Shown here one piece after another: positions 55,974 through 64,000 of a stretch of 64,000 bases of DNA. The notes beneath the pieces are model-generated. The model was not told the DNA's origin. It did not search any database and saw nothing but the letters and a program-made list of their open reading frames with translations. The position numbers and the translations under genes are program-made. The DNA is from an uncultured virus (IMG/VR IMGVR_UViG_3300025610_000020). Its lineage: Duplodnaviria; Heunggongvirae; Uroviricota; Caudoviricetes. The stretch lies in IMG/VR virus record IMGVR_UViG_3300025610_000020, one strand, 5' to 3'. Numbering within the stretch: position 1 is the first letter of the stretch; each line of letters starts with the position of its first letter.

Positions 55974-56595
55974 CTACAAGTGAATCTGCTTTTTCTTTTC
56001 CAAACTTGCTGGAAAGATATCCACTTACAGGATCTAGGCGTTTCATATATTTGTCGAAATCTCCGTAAGTAGATTGAACAGAAGACCCACTGGGTTTCTT
56101 TGATTCTAACATATCTTTGTATGCTTGTAAATAGGCAGCAAAGTCATCAAGGTAATTGTTGACTTCACTCATCGTACATTTACGGACAAAGACATTTTCG
56201 GAGAAATGATTACCAGGCTCAAAGAATCTAAATGTTCCTTCTGCCTTTGGTAGATCTGGATGGGAGAACAAATAGTTTTCCACTGGATGTTGGAAGTCAA
56301 ATACAATAATGACTTTCTTATCAAAGAAACCCATCAAGTCCATCCCGAAACAGGGTAGATTCTCACCCGTTTTTGGATAGATGATGTTGTTATAGATGCA
56401 GGACTTGTCATCCCAGATCTCGACTTCCCTGGACTTGAGAATATATTTGTTGTTGTAAATCTTGGCGGAGAGGGAGGTGCCTTTTCCCTCCCAGTCAGCC
56501 CAATCACAAATGTTTTCTAAATCAGGAAATGTTTCCCACAGTACTTTCTTGTACTCCATCCACAGGGAGTTGGAAGTCGGCGTCAACTTTGTCAT
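55948..56595 (-). CDS. pebS: phycoerythrobilin synthase (ferredoxin-dependent bilin reductase)
   Basis: YPKTG.NLPCFGMDLM, VIIVFDFQHP, RFFEPGNHFS, LDPV; start uncertain. Confidence 0.88.
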   Translation of the reverse strand: MTKLTPTSNSLWMEYKKVLWETFPDLENICDWADWEGKGTSLSAKIYNNKYILKSREVEIWDDKSCIYNNIIYPKTGENLPCFGMDLMGFFDKKVIIVFDFQHPVENYLFSHPDLPKAEGTFRFFEPGNHFSENVFVRKCTMSEVNNYLDDFAAYLQAYKDMLESKKPSGSSVQSTYGDFDKYMKRLDPVSGYLSSKFGKEKADSLVDDFLFCYG

Positions 56596-57619
56596 ACAGT
56601 TCAATAAAAGATTGTTTGGTTTCATCATCAAAGCGATTCAGGCAAATTTGAATAGCCTTTGCCTTATCGTTGAAGATGGAATATGCACGAATAATGTGAA
56701 CCAAGCGGCGAGTAGAAATGATCTCATCAACGCCACCATCATAGAATGTCTTGCGGATGATATCACCCCAATCTACAAGACGCTTACAGAAATCACGATC
56801 TTCCAAGCCAAGATCCAGAGCAATGCCCTCCAGAATCTTTTGCTCGGTTGCAGGGGCGGGATAAGACTGCTCAAAGGTCACAGGGAAACGCTCAAGAAAT
56901 GCCTCATTCAAAACATTGGTGCCAATGAAACGACCGTCATCAGAACCCTTACCCTTGGTGTTGGCAGTAGCAATCACATTGAAACCAGAAGCGGGTTTGA
57001 CATACTTACCAATCTTCTTCAAGAAGACACCCTTTCCTTCCAACACAGACTGCAGACAGAGAATCTTGTTAGAGGCAAGGTCAACCTCGTCTAGAAGCAG
57101 CACAGCTCCCCTTTCCAGAGCTTCGATAACGGGTCCATTGTGCCAGACAGTTTCGCCATTAACAAGACGGAAACCACCAATAAGATCATCCTCGTCAGTC
57201 TCAATGGTAATGTTCACACGAATTAACTCCCTATTTAGAGAGGCACACGCTTGCTCAACAGAGAACGTTTTGCCGTTACCAGAAAGACCCGTAATGAACG
57301 TAGGATAGAAAAGACGGGACTGAATAATTTTTTTAATATCTTTGAAATTACCAAACTGGACGAAGGTATCATCTTTTTGAGGAATAAGGTTTTGTTCTAC
57401 AGCAGGTTGCACAGAAGGTGCTTGATAGGTTTGTTCCATCTGTTCCCGAACGGTAAGGTTCCACTTACCACGACCAACTTTGTAGTCGGCCAATTTGTTG
57501 GTAATGGTCTGATAGTTAGAACCATTCATTGCACACCAAGCACGGATGTCACCAGAGCTCACAGAGTTACCATAAAGATTTTGAAGACTAGTAATGATGT
57601 ACTCAGAAGAGATGGTCAT
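56522..57619 (-). CDS. cobS: CobS/MoxR-like AAA+ ATPase
   Basis: GLSGNGKT, LLDEVD, ATANTKG, EAFLERF, STRRL. Confidence 0.88.
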   Translation of the reverse strand: MTISSEYIITSLQNLYGNSVSSGDIRAWCAMNGSNYQTITNKLADYKVGRGKWNLTVREQMEQTYQAPSVQPAVEQNLIPQKDDTFVQFGNFKDIKKIIQSRLFYPTFITGLSGNGKTFSVEQACASLNRELIRVNITIETDEDDLIGGFRLVNGETVWHNGPVIEALERGAVLLLDEVDLASNKILCLQSVLEGKGVFLKKIGKYVKPASGFNVIATANTKGKGSDDGRFIGTNVLNEAFLERFPVTFEQSYPAPATEQKILEGIALDLGLEDRDFCKRLVDWGDIIRKTFYDGGVDEIISTRRLVHIIRAYSIFNDKAKAIQICLNRFDDETKQSFIELYDKVDADFQLPVDGVQESTVGNIS

Positions 57620-57697
57620 GTCGTTTGTTTGAACTGAAGTAATTATACAATGAAAAAGGGGGTTCCAACCCCCCTCAGTGGCCAGTTTGAAAAGTGG

Positions 57698-59860
57698 TCA
57701 GACGACCAGAGAGATGAATTCTGACAGGATCTTTTTATTCATCTTCTTAGAAGAAAGAGACTTCTTGAATGCAGAACGAATCTGGGCTTTAGTTGCATCA
57801 TCTTTTACATCAAACTCAGTTTCCTGAGAAAGTGCATTTGAAGAAATTCCAAAGTATGCATCATATCCAATATTCTTCATGACAAAACTACGGTTTTTCT
57901 TCCAGCTATTTTCAAGTTGAGAAACTTTTTCATGATCATAATTTGTATATAGGCGCATGAAACGAGATGCTTCACGGGGAAGAAGAACACGAATCCCAAT
58001 AAAGTTGACATATGGGAACCTATCCTGAAGATTATTCAAAATGGTTTCTGTAAAATCATGATAATTGTACCCAAACTTATAGGTTTTTCCAAGTTTACGA
58101 TCCCTTAGGAAAGTTACTGATGGATCAATCGAACGAGTTCCCATGTATGGTTCAGTATCCCACTTACGCATCAGTTCATAGTGACGATTCAATGGATGTG
58201 CTTCACCATCAGTCAGTACCACACACTGAACCTTTTGAAGTTTATTATTTTTTTGAAATTTTGGAAGAACCTGATTAAGAGAAATCAATGCTTCATTCAA
58301 AGGAGTTCCTGAAAGTTCAAGTTGCTTTGGAGATGAATAGAAAACATAGTTACGATATGAATAGGCCATCCTCCAGATGTTACGCATACAATTTTCAAAT
58401 TGACTGGTTTTGGTGCGATTGCTGATGAAGTTCATCAGACAAAAATCTGGAGAGACTTGGACTAGTCCATTTTTGTACTCATAATGTTTTTTTGGATAAA
58501 CTGGTTTATCATTCTCATCATAAGTTATACGTTTCCAGTTATTAGTAAATGCATATACCTCAAAAGGAATATTTGTTTTTTTGCAGAACCAGATCAAATT
58601 GAACAACTGTTTTACAGTATCCAACATAATATCAGCCATTGATCCAGACCAATCTAGAACAAAGACGAGACCATGATTCTTACCATCTGCAAGAGTGGTT
58701 ACTTTTTTAAATAAATCTTCATTGTATTTGTAGGTATGAAGTTTGGTACAGTCAAGAACACCAGTTTTGGACACTGTTGCACGGGAATATGATTCAGCAG
58801 ATTTTTTACACTCAAACTCCTTTACAAGATAGTTTACCTCTTTTTGAGCAGACTTTTTATAAGACATATACGCTTTGTCTGCAGATGCAAAAATATTTTT
58901 ATTTACCCGAGAATATGTTTTATCCACATCATCAGAAATTTTCTGCTGTTCAGCATATGACTCATTTGCATATTTGTGAATTTCAGTATAGTCAACAACG
59001 ACTGTTTCGAGATTAACTTGTGGAAGCTCAATATAAACATTCTCGAAAGAATTTTTGTTGATTAGATCTTTGAGGTTTTCCTCAAAAGAACTTTCAGTAT
59101 GAACTTTTGGTTCCTCAGAATCAGATTGTTGACCTTCATAACTGGGAGTATCAAGATCAGCATCATCATTCACTTTTTCATCGGACTCACCAGTATCATC
59201 AGACTCTTCACCATTATCAGAATCATTTTCAACAAAATCTTGAGGTTCAGAACCCGAATTTGATTGACCATCGGTATTATTGATGTTATCAACTTTTTTC
59301 TTAGTATCCTGATGTTCTTTACAGTATTTGTAAAGTACTTCTGCGGCTAAAAGTGCATCCGCAAAGGTTTCTGAGTCGGCAACCATATTGACAATATCCA
59401 TCTCTTCACCACGTTCAATGGGAATATCAACGTAATTACCAATCTTGAACCACAGATTCAACCTATCAGCAAGATTGAATTCGGAGATGTCCTCATCTTC
59501 AAGAGAAAAGAAATCATTATCAGATAGTTCACTATATCCCCTAAAGAAAGTCTTGGACAATCCAGGATATTTACGTTTCATCAGTTTTTCAATACGTGCA
59601 TCCTCAACAACATTGACAAACTGAGGAGGAATTTTATGGTTTTTTGACCAGTCTTCATCTGGAGTGAACAGTGCATGGCCAACTTCATGACCCACAAGAA
59701 GATCATAAACAACATTACTCGCTTTCTCCCACATAGGAAGAGTCAGAACGCGAGTATGAACATTGAAACAAGCGGTTTCAACATTCTTATGCTCCACGAT
59801 CAAGTCTTCCGTGGCAAGCAGTTTTGCAAGTTGGGACTTGATTTCGTGTAGGACTGCCAT
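57698..59860 (-). CDS. metallopeptidase-like / VWA-domain (CobT-like) partner of CobS
   Basis: HEVGH, NVVEDARIE, DWSGS MIDAS, GTPL, LTDGE. Confidence 0.8.
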   Translation of the reverse strand: MAVLHEIKSQLAKLLATEDLIVEHKNVETACFNVHTRVLTLPMWEKASNVVYDLLVGHEVGHALFTPDEDWSKNHKIPPQFVNVVEDARIEKLMKRKYPGLSKTFFRGYSELSDNDFFSLEDEDISEFNLADRLNLWFKIGNYVDIPIERGEEMDIVNMVADSETFADALLAAEVLYKYCKEHQDTKKKVDNINNTDGQSNSGSEPQDFVENDSDNGEESDDTGESDEKVNDDADLDTPSYEGQQSDSEEPKVHTESSFEENLKDLINKNSFENVYIELPQVNLETVVVDYTEIHKYANESYAEQQKISDDVDKTYSRVNKNIFASADKAYMSYKKSAQKEVNYLVKEFECKKSAESYSRATVSKTGVLDCTKLHTYKYNEDLFKKVTTLADGKNHGLVFVLDWSGSMADIMLDTVKQLFNLIWFCKKTNIPFEVYAFTNNWKRITYDENDKPVYPKKHYEYKNGLVQVSPDFCLMNFISNRTKTSQFENCMRNIWRMAYSYRNYVFYSSPKQLELSGTPLNEALISLNQVLPKFQKNNKLQKVQCVVLTDGEAHPLNRHYELMRKWDTEPYMGTRSIDPSVTFLRDRKLGKTYKFGYNYHDFTETILNNLQDRFPYVNFIGIRVLLPREASRFMRLYTNYDHEKVSQLENSWKKNRSFVMKNIGYDAYFGISSNALSQETEFDVKDDATKAQIRSAFKKSLSSKKMNKKILSEFISLVV

Positions 59861-59937
59861 AGGTCTGTTGCGTATGGGCCTATTATACAAAAAAAGAGGG
59901 TCTTGCGACCCCCTAGTGGACAGTTTGAAAATTGGCC

Positions 59938-60270
59938 TCAGTCTCTCTGCCGCCAATCATCTGGTTTGTCTTGTTTGAACCAATCAACGATTTCATCAGC
60001 ACTATCAAATCCCGTTTTATAATTGGATGGGTCGGGATCTCCTAGCCCCATCCTATTCATAAAATCATCAATACTACCTTCTTCAATATCTCCAGCAGAT
60101 TGTCTTCTTGCTTTTTTTAACATCTCTCGGGCAGATGTATTTGCCTTTGACAATTTCTCTGCCCATATCATATCTTCAAGTTTTACTTCTTCCCCATTCA
60201 CAATACACTTGCAAATGAATTCGAGTCTCAATCGATATTGCGTAGACAGCATATATATCCTCACTATCAC
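59938..60270 (-). CDS. hypothetical protein
   Basis: ORF track; probable start MLSTQYRLRL. Confidence 0.7.
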   Translation of the reverse strand: MIVRIYMLSTQYRLRLEFICKCIVNGEEVKLEDMIWAEKLSKANTSAREMLKKARRQSAGDIEEGSIDDFMNRMGLGDPDPSNYKTGFDSADEIVDWFKQDKPDDWRQRD

Positions 60271-60276
60271 TAGTAT

Positions 60277-61986
60277 TTAGACTATTCTACTGAATCCTTT
60301 TACTTTGTCAAATTTGATGACATTTTCAAACTTATCATATAAACCATCTTTATGTGAAATTACAAAAACATTTGCATCTTTAATTACATATCGAATGATT
60401 TTCAAAAACTCTTCCGTACCAAAACCATCCAGAGAACTATCAAATACTTCATCCATAATGAGAAGATTTGTATTTACTGAATTTTTGGCCCTTGCTATTT
60501 CTCTCCAGGTAAACAAAAGAGCCAAATCAATTCTCATTTTCTCACCCTCAGAAAAAGATTCATAAGAAAACTTTTCATGAATTGGTGATTGAACAGATTC
60601 GTTAAATTCTTCATCAAGTTTAAAGTTGATGTAGAAATCCATCATCCTCAAATAGCGGTTTACTTGTTGATTGATGAGAGGCAAATACTTTTTAATAATC
60701 TGCCTCTTTACACCACCATCTTTGAGAAGAGAAAACGCAAAGTCATAGTAACTTAACGACTCTTTGTGATCTGAGAGATCAGCATAAATTTTATCTAACT
60801 GATTTTGAAAGGAGACTAACTTGTCATGCTCAGTATTTCGGTTTTCAAGTTGATTGGCAATTGTTTGAATTTCAGATTCAAGTTGTTGTACCTGTCTCTG
60901 GAATCCAGATATAGTCGAATTGTTTTTAGAAATCTCATGATTGAGATTAACGATCTCCTTACTAATTGTTTTAAATTGCTGCTCTCGTAATTCTTCTTCT
61001 TTAATTGCTTGCTCTAGTTCTTTATAACCAGATTGCAACTCTTTTGCTTTAGATTGAGCAGCTTCAACTCTATTTAACCGAAACTCTTCTTCTATATCCT
61101 GTTCACATGTTGGGCAAACCGTATGCTCAGTAAAAAACTTGTGCTCTTTTGTGATGGTTGTAACTTTTTGAGAAATTTTTCCTTTTAAGTTTCCAAGTTT
61201 ACGAAGTTTTTCTGATGCACTTTCAAGGCCAACAATCGTTGTTTGTAATTCATTCGTTTCTTCTAGAAGGTCCAGATTTTTTTCAGTGTAATTACCAACC
61301 TCATTCATAATATTGGCAATGTTTTCTTTCTTGGCATTTATGTTGGCATTGCCACGATTTTCTAGTTCTTCTATAAACTCTTCTTGCATCTTGATTTTAT
61401 CAATGATGCCTTCCTTCTTAACTTCAAGAATTTTTGTTTTTTCTCTAAAAATTTTAATCTTTTCTTTGATAAGGGAATTCATTGCCGAAAAGATCTTAAT
61501 GTCAAGAAGATCTTCAATAACTTCCCTTCTATTACTACTTGAAAGTTGCATGAAGGGAACAAATGTCGATGATCCCAGAATTACAACCTGAGTGAATGAT
61601 TTGTGATTCAGTTTGAGAATATTATCTTCTAGAATTCTTTGATTCGCTCTATCATCAGCTTCTTTATGGAGTTTATTTCCATTGACTTCAATATCAAAAA
61701 CATTTGGTTTCATTCCCCTACGAACGAAATAGTTTTTGTTACCAACCTTAAATTCAACTTCAACTAAACAGTTCTTTTCATTAACCGTATTGACAAGTTG
61801 TGGTTTATTAATTTTACGAAAAGGTTTATTAAATAATGCAAATGTTAGTGCATCCAGAAGTGTTGACTTTCCAGATCCATTTGATCCAATAATAATTGTA
61901 TTATTAGATTCCGTAAAATTTATTTCGGTCCACTGATCACCAGTCGAAAGAAAGTTGCGCCACCTAATTTTCTTGAAGATTATCAT
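60277..61986 (-). CDS. gp46: recombination endonuclease ATPase subunit (gp46, Rad50/SbcC-like)
   Basis: GSNGSGKST, CPTC hook, FSEGEK, MDEVFD. Confidence 0.96.
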   Translation of the reverse strand: MIIFKKIRWRNFLSTGDQWTEINFTESNNTIIIGSNGSGKSTLLDALTFALFNKPFRKINKPQLVNTVNEKNCLVEVEFKVGNKNYFVRRGMKPNVFDIEVNGNKLHKEADDRANQRILEDNILKLNHKSFTQVVILGSSTFVPFMQLSSSNRREVIEDLLDIKIFSAMNSLIKEKIKIFREKTKILEVKKEGIIDKIKMQEEFIEELENRGNANINAKKENIANIMNEVGNYTEKNLDLLEETNELQTTIVGLESASEKLRKLGNLKGKISQKVTTITKEHKFFTEHTVCPTCEQDIEEEFRLNRVEAAQSKAKELQSGYKELEQAIKEEELREQQFKTISKEIVNLNHEISKNNSTISGFQRQVQQLESEIQTIANQLENRNTEHDKLVSFQNQLDKIYADLSDHKESLSYYDFAFSLLKDGGVKRQIIKKYLPLINQQVNRYLRMMDFYINFKLDEEFNESVQSPIHEKFSYESFSEGEKMRIDLALLFTWREIARAKNSVNTNLLIMDEVFDSSLDGFGTEEFLKIIRYVIKDANVFVISHKDGLYDKFENVIKFDKVKGFSRIV

Positions 61987-62452
61987 GAATGTAAGAAATC
62001 ATATTACGAAGGATTTGTGGATCTTCTCGCAGAAGTCCAAGAGAAGTATTACAAGCGCGACAAAGTAAAGATCTAACTTTGCCTGTTGTGTGATCGTGAT
62101 CTACTTGAGGTGGAGACATCTCATAGCCACAGATTTTACACTTATTGTTCTGTTCCACCACCATAGCAGAAAACTCTTCGGTTGTCAAACCATATTTGGT
62201 TTTTAGTTTCCACGATTTACGATATTCATAATTATTACAAGAGTTTTTTGATGCTCTCGCCCGCTTTTCCTCTGGAGAAAGTTTGTGATACTTCTTCAAA
62301 GATTTTTTGCTGTAGCATTCTTTACAGGAAGTTTTGTAGATGGTAGTGTTTCTCATGTATCCATCTTTTCCCATAGTTCCAGCTTTCTGGGCGATAGAAT
62401 ATTCGCTCACAGATTTTTCAACTTTACAGGTCTTACAGATCTTAGTATCCAT
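61964..62452 (-). CDS. endonuclease VII-like (His-Me finger) free-standing homing endonuclease
   Basis: CKIC...VDHDH.TGKVRSLLCRACN..LG; N-terminal CKTC/CKEC. Confidence 0.85.
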   Translation of the reverse strand: MDTKICKTCKVEKSVSEYSIAQKAGTMGKDGYMRNTTIYKTSCKECYSKKSLKKYHKLSPEEKRARASKNSCNNYEYRKSWKLKTKYGLTTEEFSAMVVEQNNKCKICGYEMSPPQVDHDHTTGKVRSLLCRACNTSLGLLREDPQILRNMISYIHDNLQEN

Positions 62453-62516
62453 TAGCGTTGGAAGAACTATAACTATTTATAATTTTTTCCAACGAATATT
62501 TTTAAAAAGAATCATA

Positions 62517-62777
62517 TCAAATTACTGGGGGGACAACAAAATCATTTTTGGTAATAATAGCATAGTTCACTCCTTTGACAATACATGTTTTGATTGCAAG
62601 GTCTGGATCAATTTCTACAGCCTCAATCTCATCATAGTTGTTTTGAGTTTCTAACATCATAACATATCTTTCGGCATCATCCTCTTCTTCAAAGAGAAAT
62701 AAAACTTTTTCCCGTTTTTTGTTGAAAACGGCATATGCACCTTCTTTAGTTTCTGATTTATGCACCAGCATGTACAT
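62517..62777 (-). CDS. hypothetical protein
   Basis: EGAYAV, FEEEDDAERY. Confidence 0.7.
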   Translation of the reverse strand: MYMLVHKSETKEGAYAVFNKKREKVLFLFEEEDDAERYVMMLETQNNYDEIEAVEIDPDLAIKTCIVKGVNYAIITKNDFVVPPVI

Positions 62778-63827
62778 TTACTCAACCTCGCAAGCAGATG
62801 TGTATACTTTTTCTAGAATTGATTTTAATTTAGAAGTGTTTAAAGAACATTCAGATTCATCAACATATCTATTCAATATCGAAAGTGTGTTTTCAGATTC
62901 TTCGGTTTCAAATTCTTCGGATTGGTAAAATCCATTGAAATCAAAGTTTTCAACAATTTTTAAATCATTCACACCAGCAGAGTATAATTTATCAATAAAT
63001 TGATCAAACTGTTTTACATTTGACTTCTTGTTGACAATAACCTTTACAATTTTGTCTTTGTAAATATCAGTTTTAAATGTTTGGTGGGCTGTGTCTGAAT
63101 ATGGAACAACATAGAACAGTCGATGTGGATTATTAACTGGAGTGTGCTCTAGAGTTTCGGTATCAAAGATATGAAATCCTCTTGTTTCTTCAACATCATG
63201 CCAATAAATTTCATATGGATTTCCAAGATAGTAAACATTATCTTGGAAGTTTCTATGATGATAATGTCCAGAAAAAACTTTTTCAAACTTTTTATAATCT
63301 GATTTATCTTCACCATGCTCACAGATATAGGTTTTATTAGCATAAAACCCTCTCATTTCTAAATGTCCAAAAGCCACTTTTGCTTCGGTCCTGGAAATGA
63401 GATTAATTGTCTCTTGACGATTTTCATCGTTGATCCATGGAATAAAAAATGTTTTTAGATTTTCAAATTTAACTTCGGTAGGACTTCCATAAACAATAAC
63501 GTTATCATACTCTCGCAATAGTAGATCAACAGAGTTAATGTTATTAGTGTCCTTGTAATACGCGGTATGATTTCCGACAATTGTATGCACAGTGACACCC
63601 ATAGACTGGAGACGATCATAGTAGTTCTTTTTAGCCCAATCAAGAGACCAAAAATCAATCCCCTTACGAGTGTCGAAAGTGTCTCCCATATCAACAACAG
63701 TTGTGATACCTTCTCTTTCGAGGGTTGGGAAGAAGATGTCGTCGTAGAATTTTTTGAAGTAGTCATGAAGATTCTTGTTTCCCTTTCTAGCTCCAAAATG
63801 CTGATCGGTAATGATTGCGACTTTCAA
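62778..63827 (-). CDS. gp47: recombination endonuclease nuclease subunit (gp47, Mre11/SbcD-like)
   Basis: TDQHFG, MGDTFD, GNH, SGHYH; TTG start. Confidence 0.96.
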   Translation of the reverse strand: MKVAIITDQHFGARKGNKNLHDYFKKFYDDIFFPTLEREGITTVVDMGDTFDTRKGIDFWSLDWAKKNYYDRLQSMGVTVHTIVGNHTAYYKDTNNINSVDLLLREYDNVIVYGSPTEVKFENLKTFFIPWINDENRQETINLISRTEAKVAFGHLEMRGFYANKTYICEHGEDKSDYKKFEKVFSGHYHHRNFQDNVYYLGNPYEIYWHDVEETRGFHIFDTETLEHTPVNNPHRLFYVVPYSDTAHQTFKTDIYKDKIVKVIVNKKSNVKQFDQFIDKLYSAGVNDLKIVENFDFNGFYQSEEFETEESENTLSILNRYVDESECSLNTSKLKSILEKVYTSACEVE

Positions 63828-64000
63828 AGTTTCCCTCCAACAACTCCACTATTAACAACTCTTGTATACAAATGTAAGGTTCCTTCTTGTTCACACTTGA
63901 GATGCCATCGTGTGATATCAGTGACTTCTTTTTCTGTTAAGGCAAAGAGAAAATCTTTTCCAGTATCTTTACGAACACTCTTCCACATAAAACGAGTTTG
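63824..64000 (-). CDS. hypothetical protein, 5'-truncated by window
   Basis: Open frame ending ...VNSGVVGGKL, TGA overlapping gp47 start. Confidence 0.55.
   Translation of the reverse strand, partial: QTRFMWKSVRKDTGKDFLFALTEKEVTDITRWHLKCEQEGTLHLYTRVVNSGVVGGKL

Noticed and set aside
56462..57637. Long plus-strand ORFs (210, 130 and 128 aa) antisense to cobS
   Set aside because: Typical antisense shadows of a conserved gene; no independent signals
1..64000. Stop-codon reassignment or alternative genetic code
   Set aside because: Core genes are intact in the standard code and all three stop codons terminate conserved proteins; no suppressor tRNA seen

Overview
64-kb segment of a T4-like marine cyanomyovirus (Kyanoviridae-type, probably infecting Synechococcus), almost all on the minus strand. 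From left to right it contains: (1) a glutamine-riboswitch-like leader with a DUF4278-like gene; (2) host-metabolism genes (talC, petE, psbD, psbA, petF, two hli); (3) a plus-strand block of three signal-peptide genes; (4) an ~11-kb, 16-gene glycan/LPS-type cluster; (5) four tRNAs; (6) modular putative capsid-internal proteins; and (7) the T4 replication core (nrdB, nrdA, gp61, mazG, gp41, uvsX, gp43, hsp20, regA, gp62, gp44, speD, gp45, pebS, cobS, gp46, gp47). The most striking observation is that protein genes sit inside structured-RNA motifs. A 56-codon ORF fills the P2 loop of the second of two tandem glutamine-type aptamers, with its start and stop codons in the stem. Two genes (~1.35 kb) split a wcaG-like RNA between TGACCC repeats. 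Separately, an oxygenase-like gene appears to have duplicated and displaced the 3' end of the helicase gene. All family and RNA-motif assignments come from recognising motifs by eye; no database search was run.
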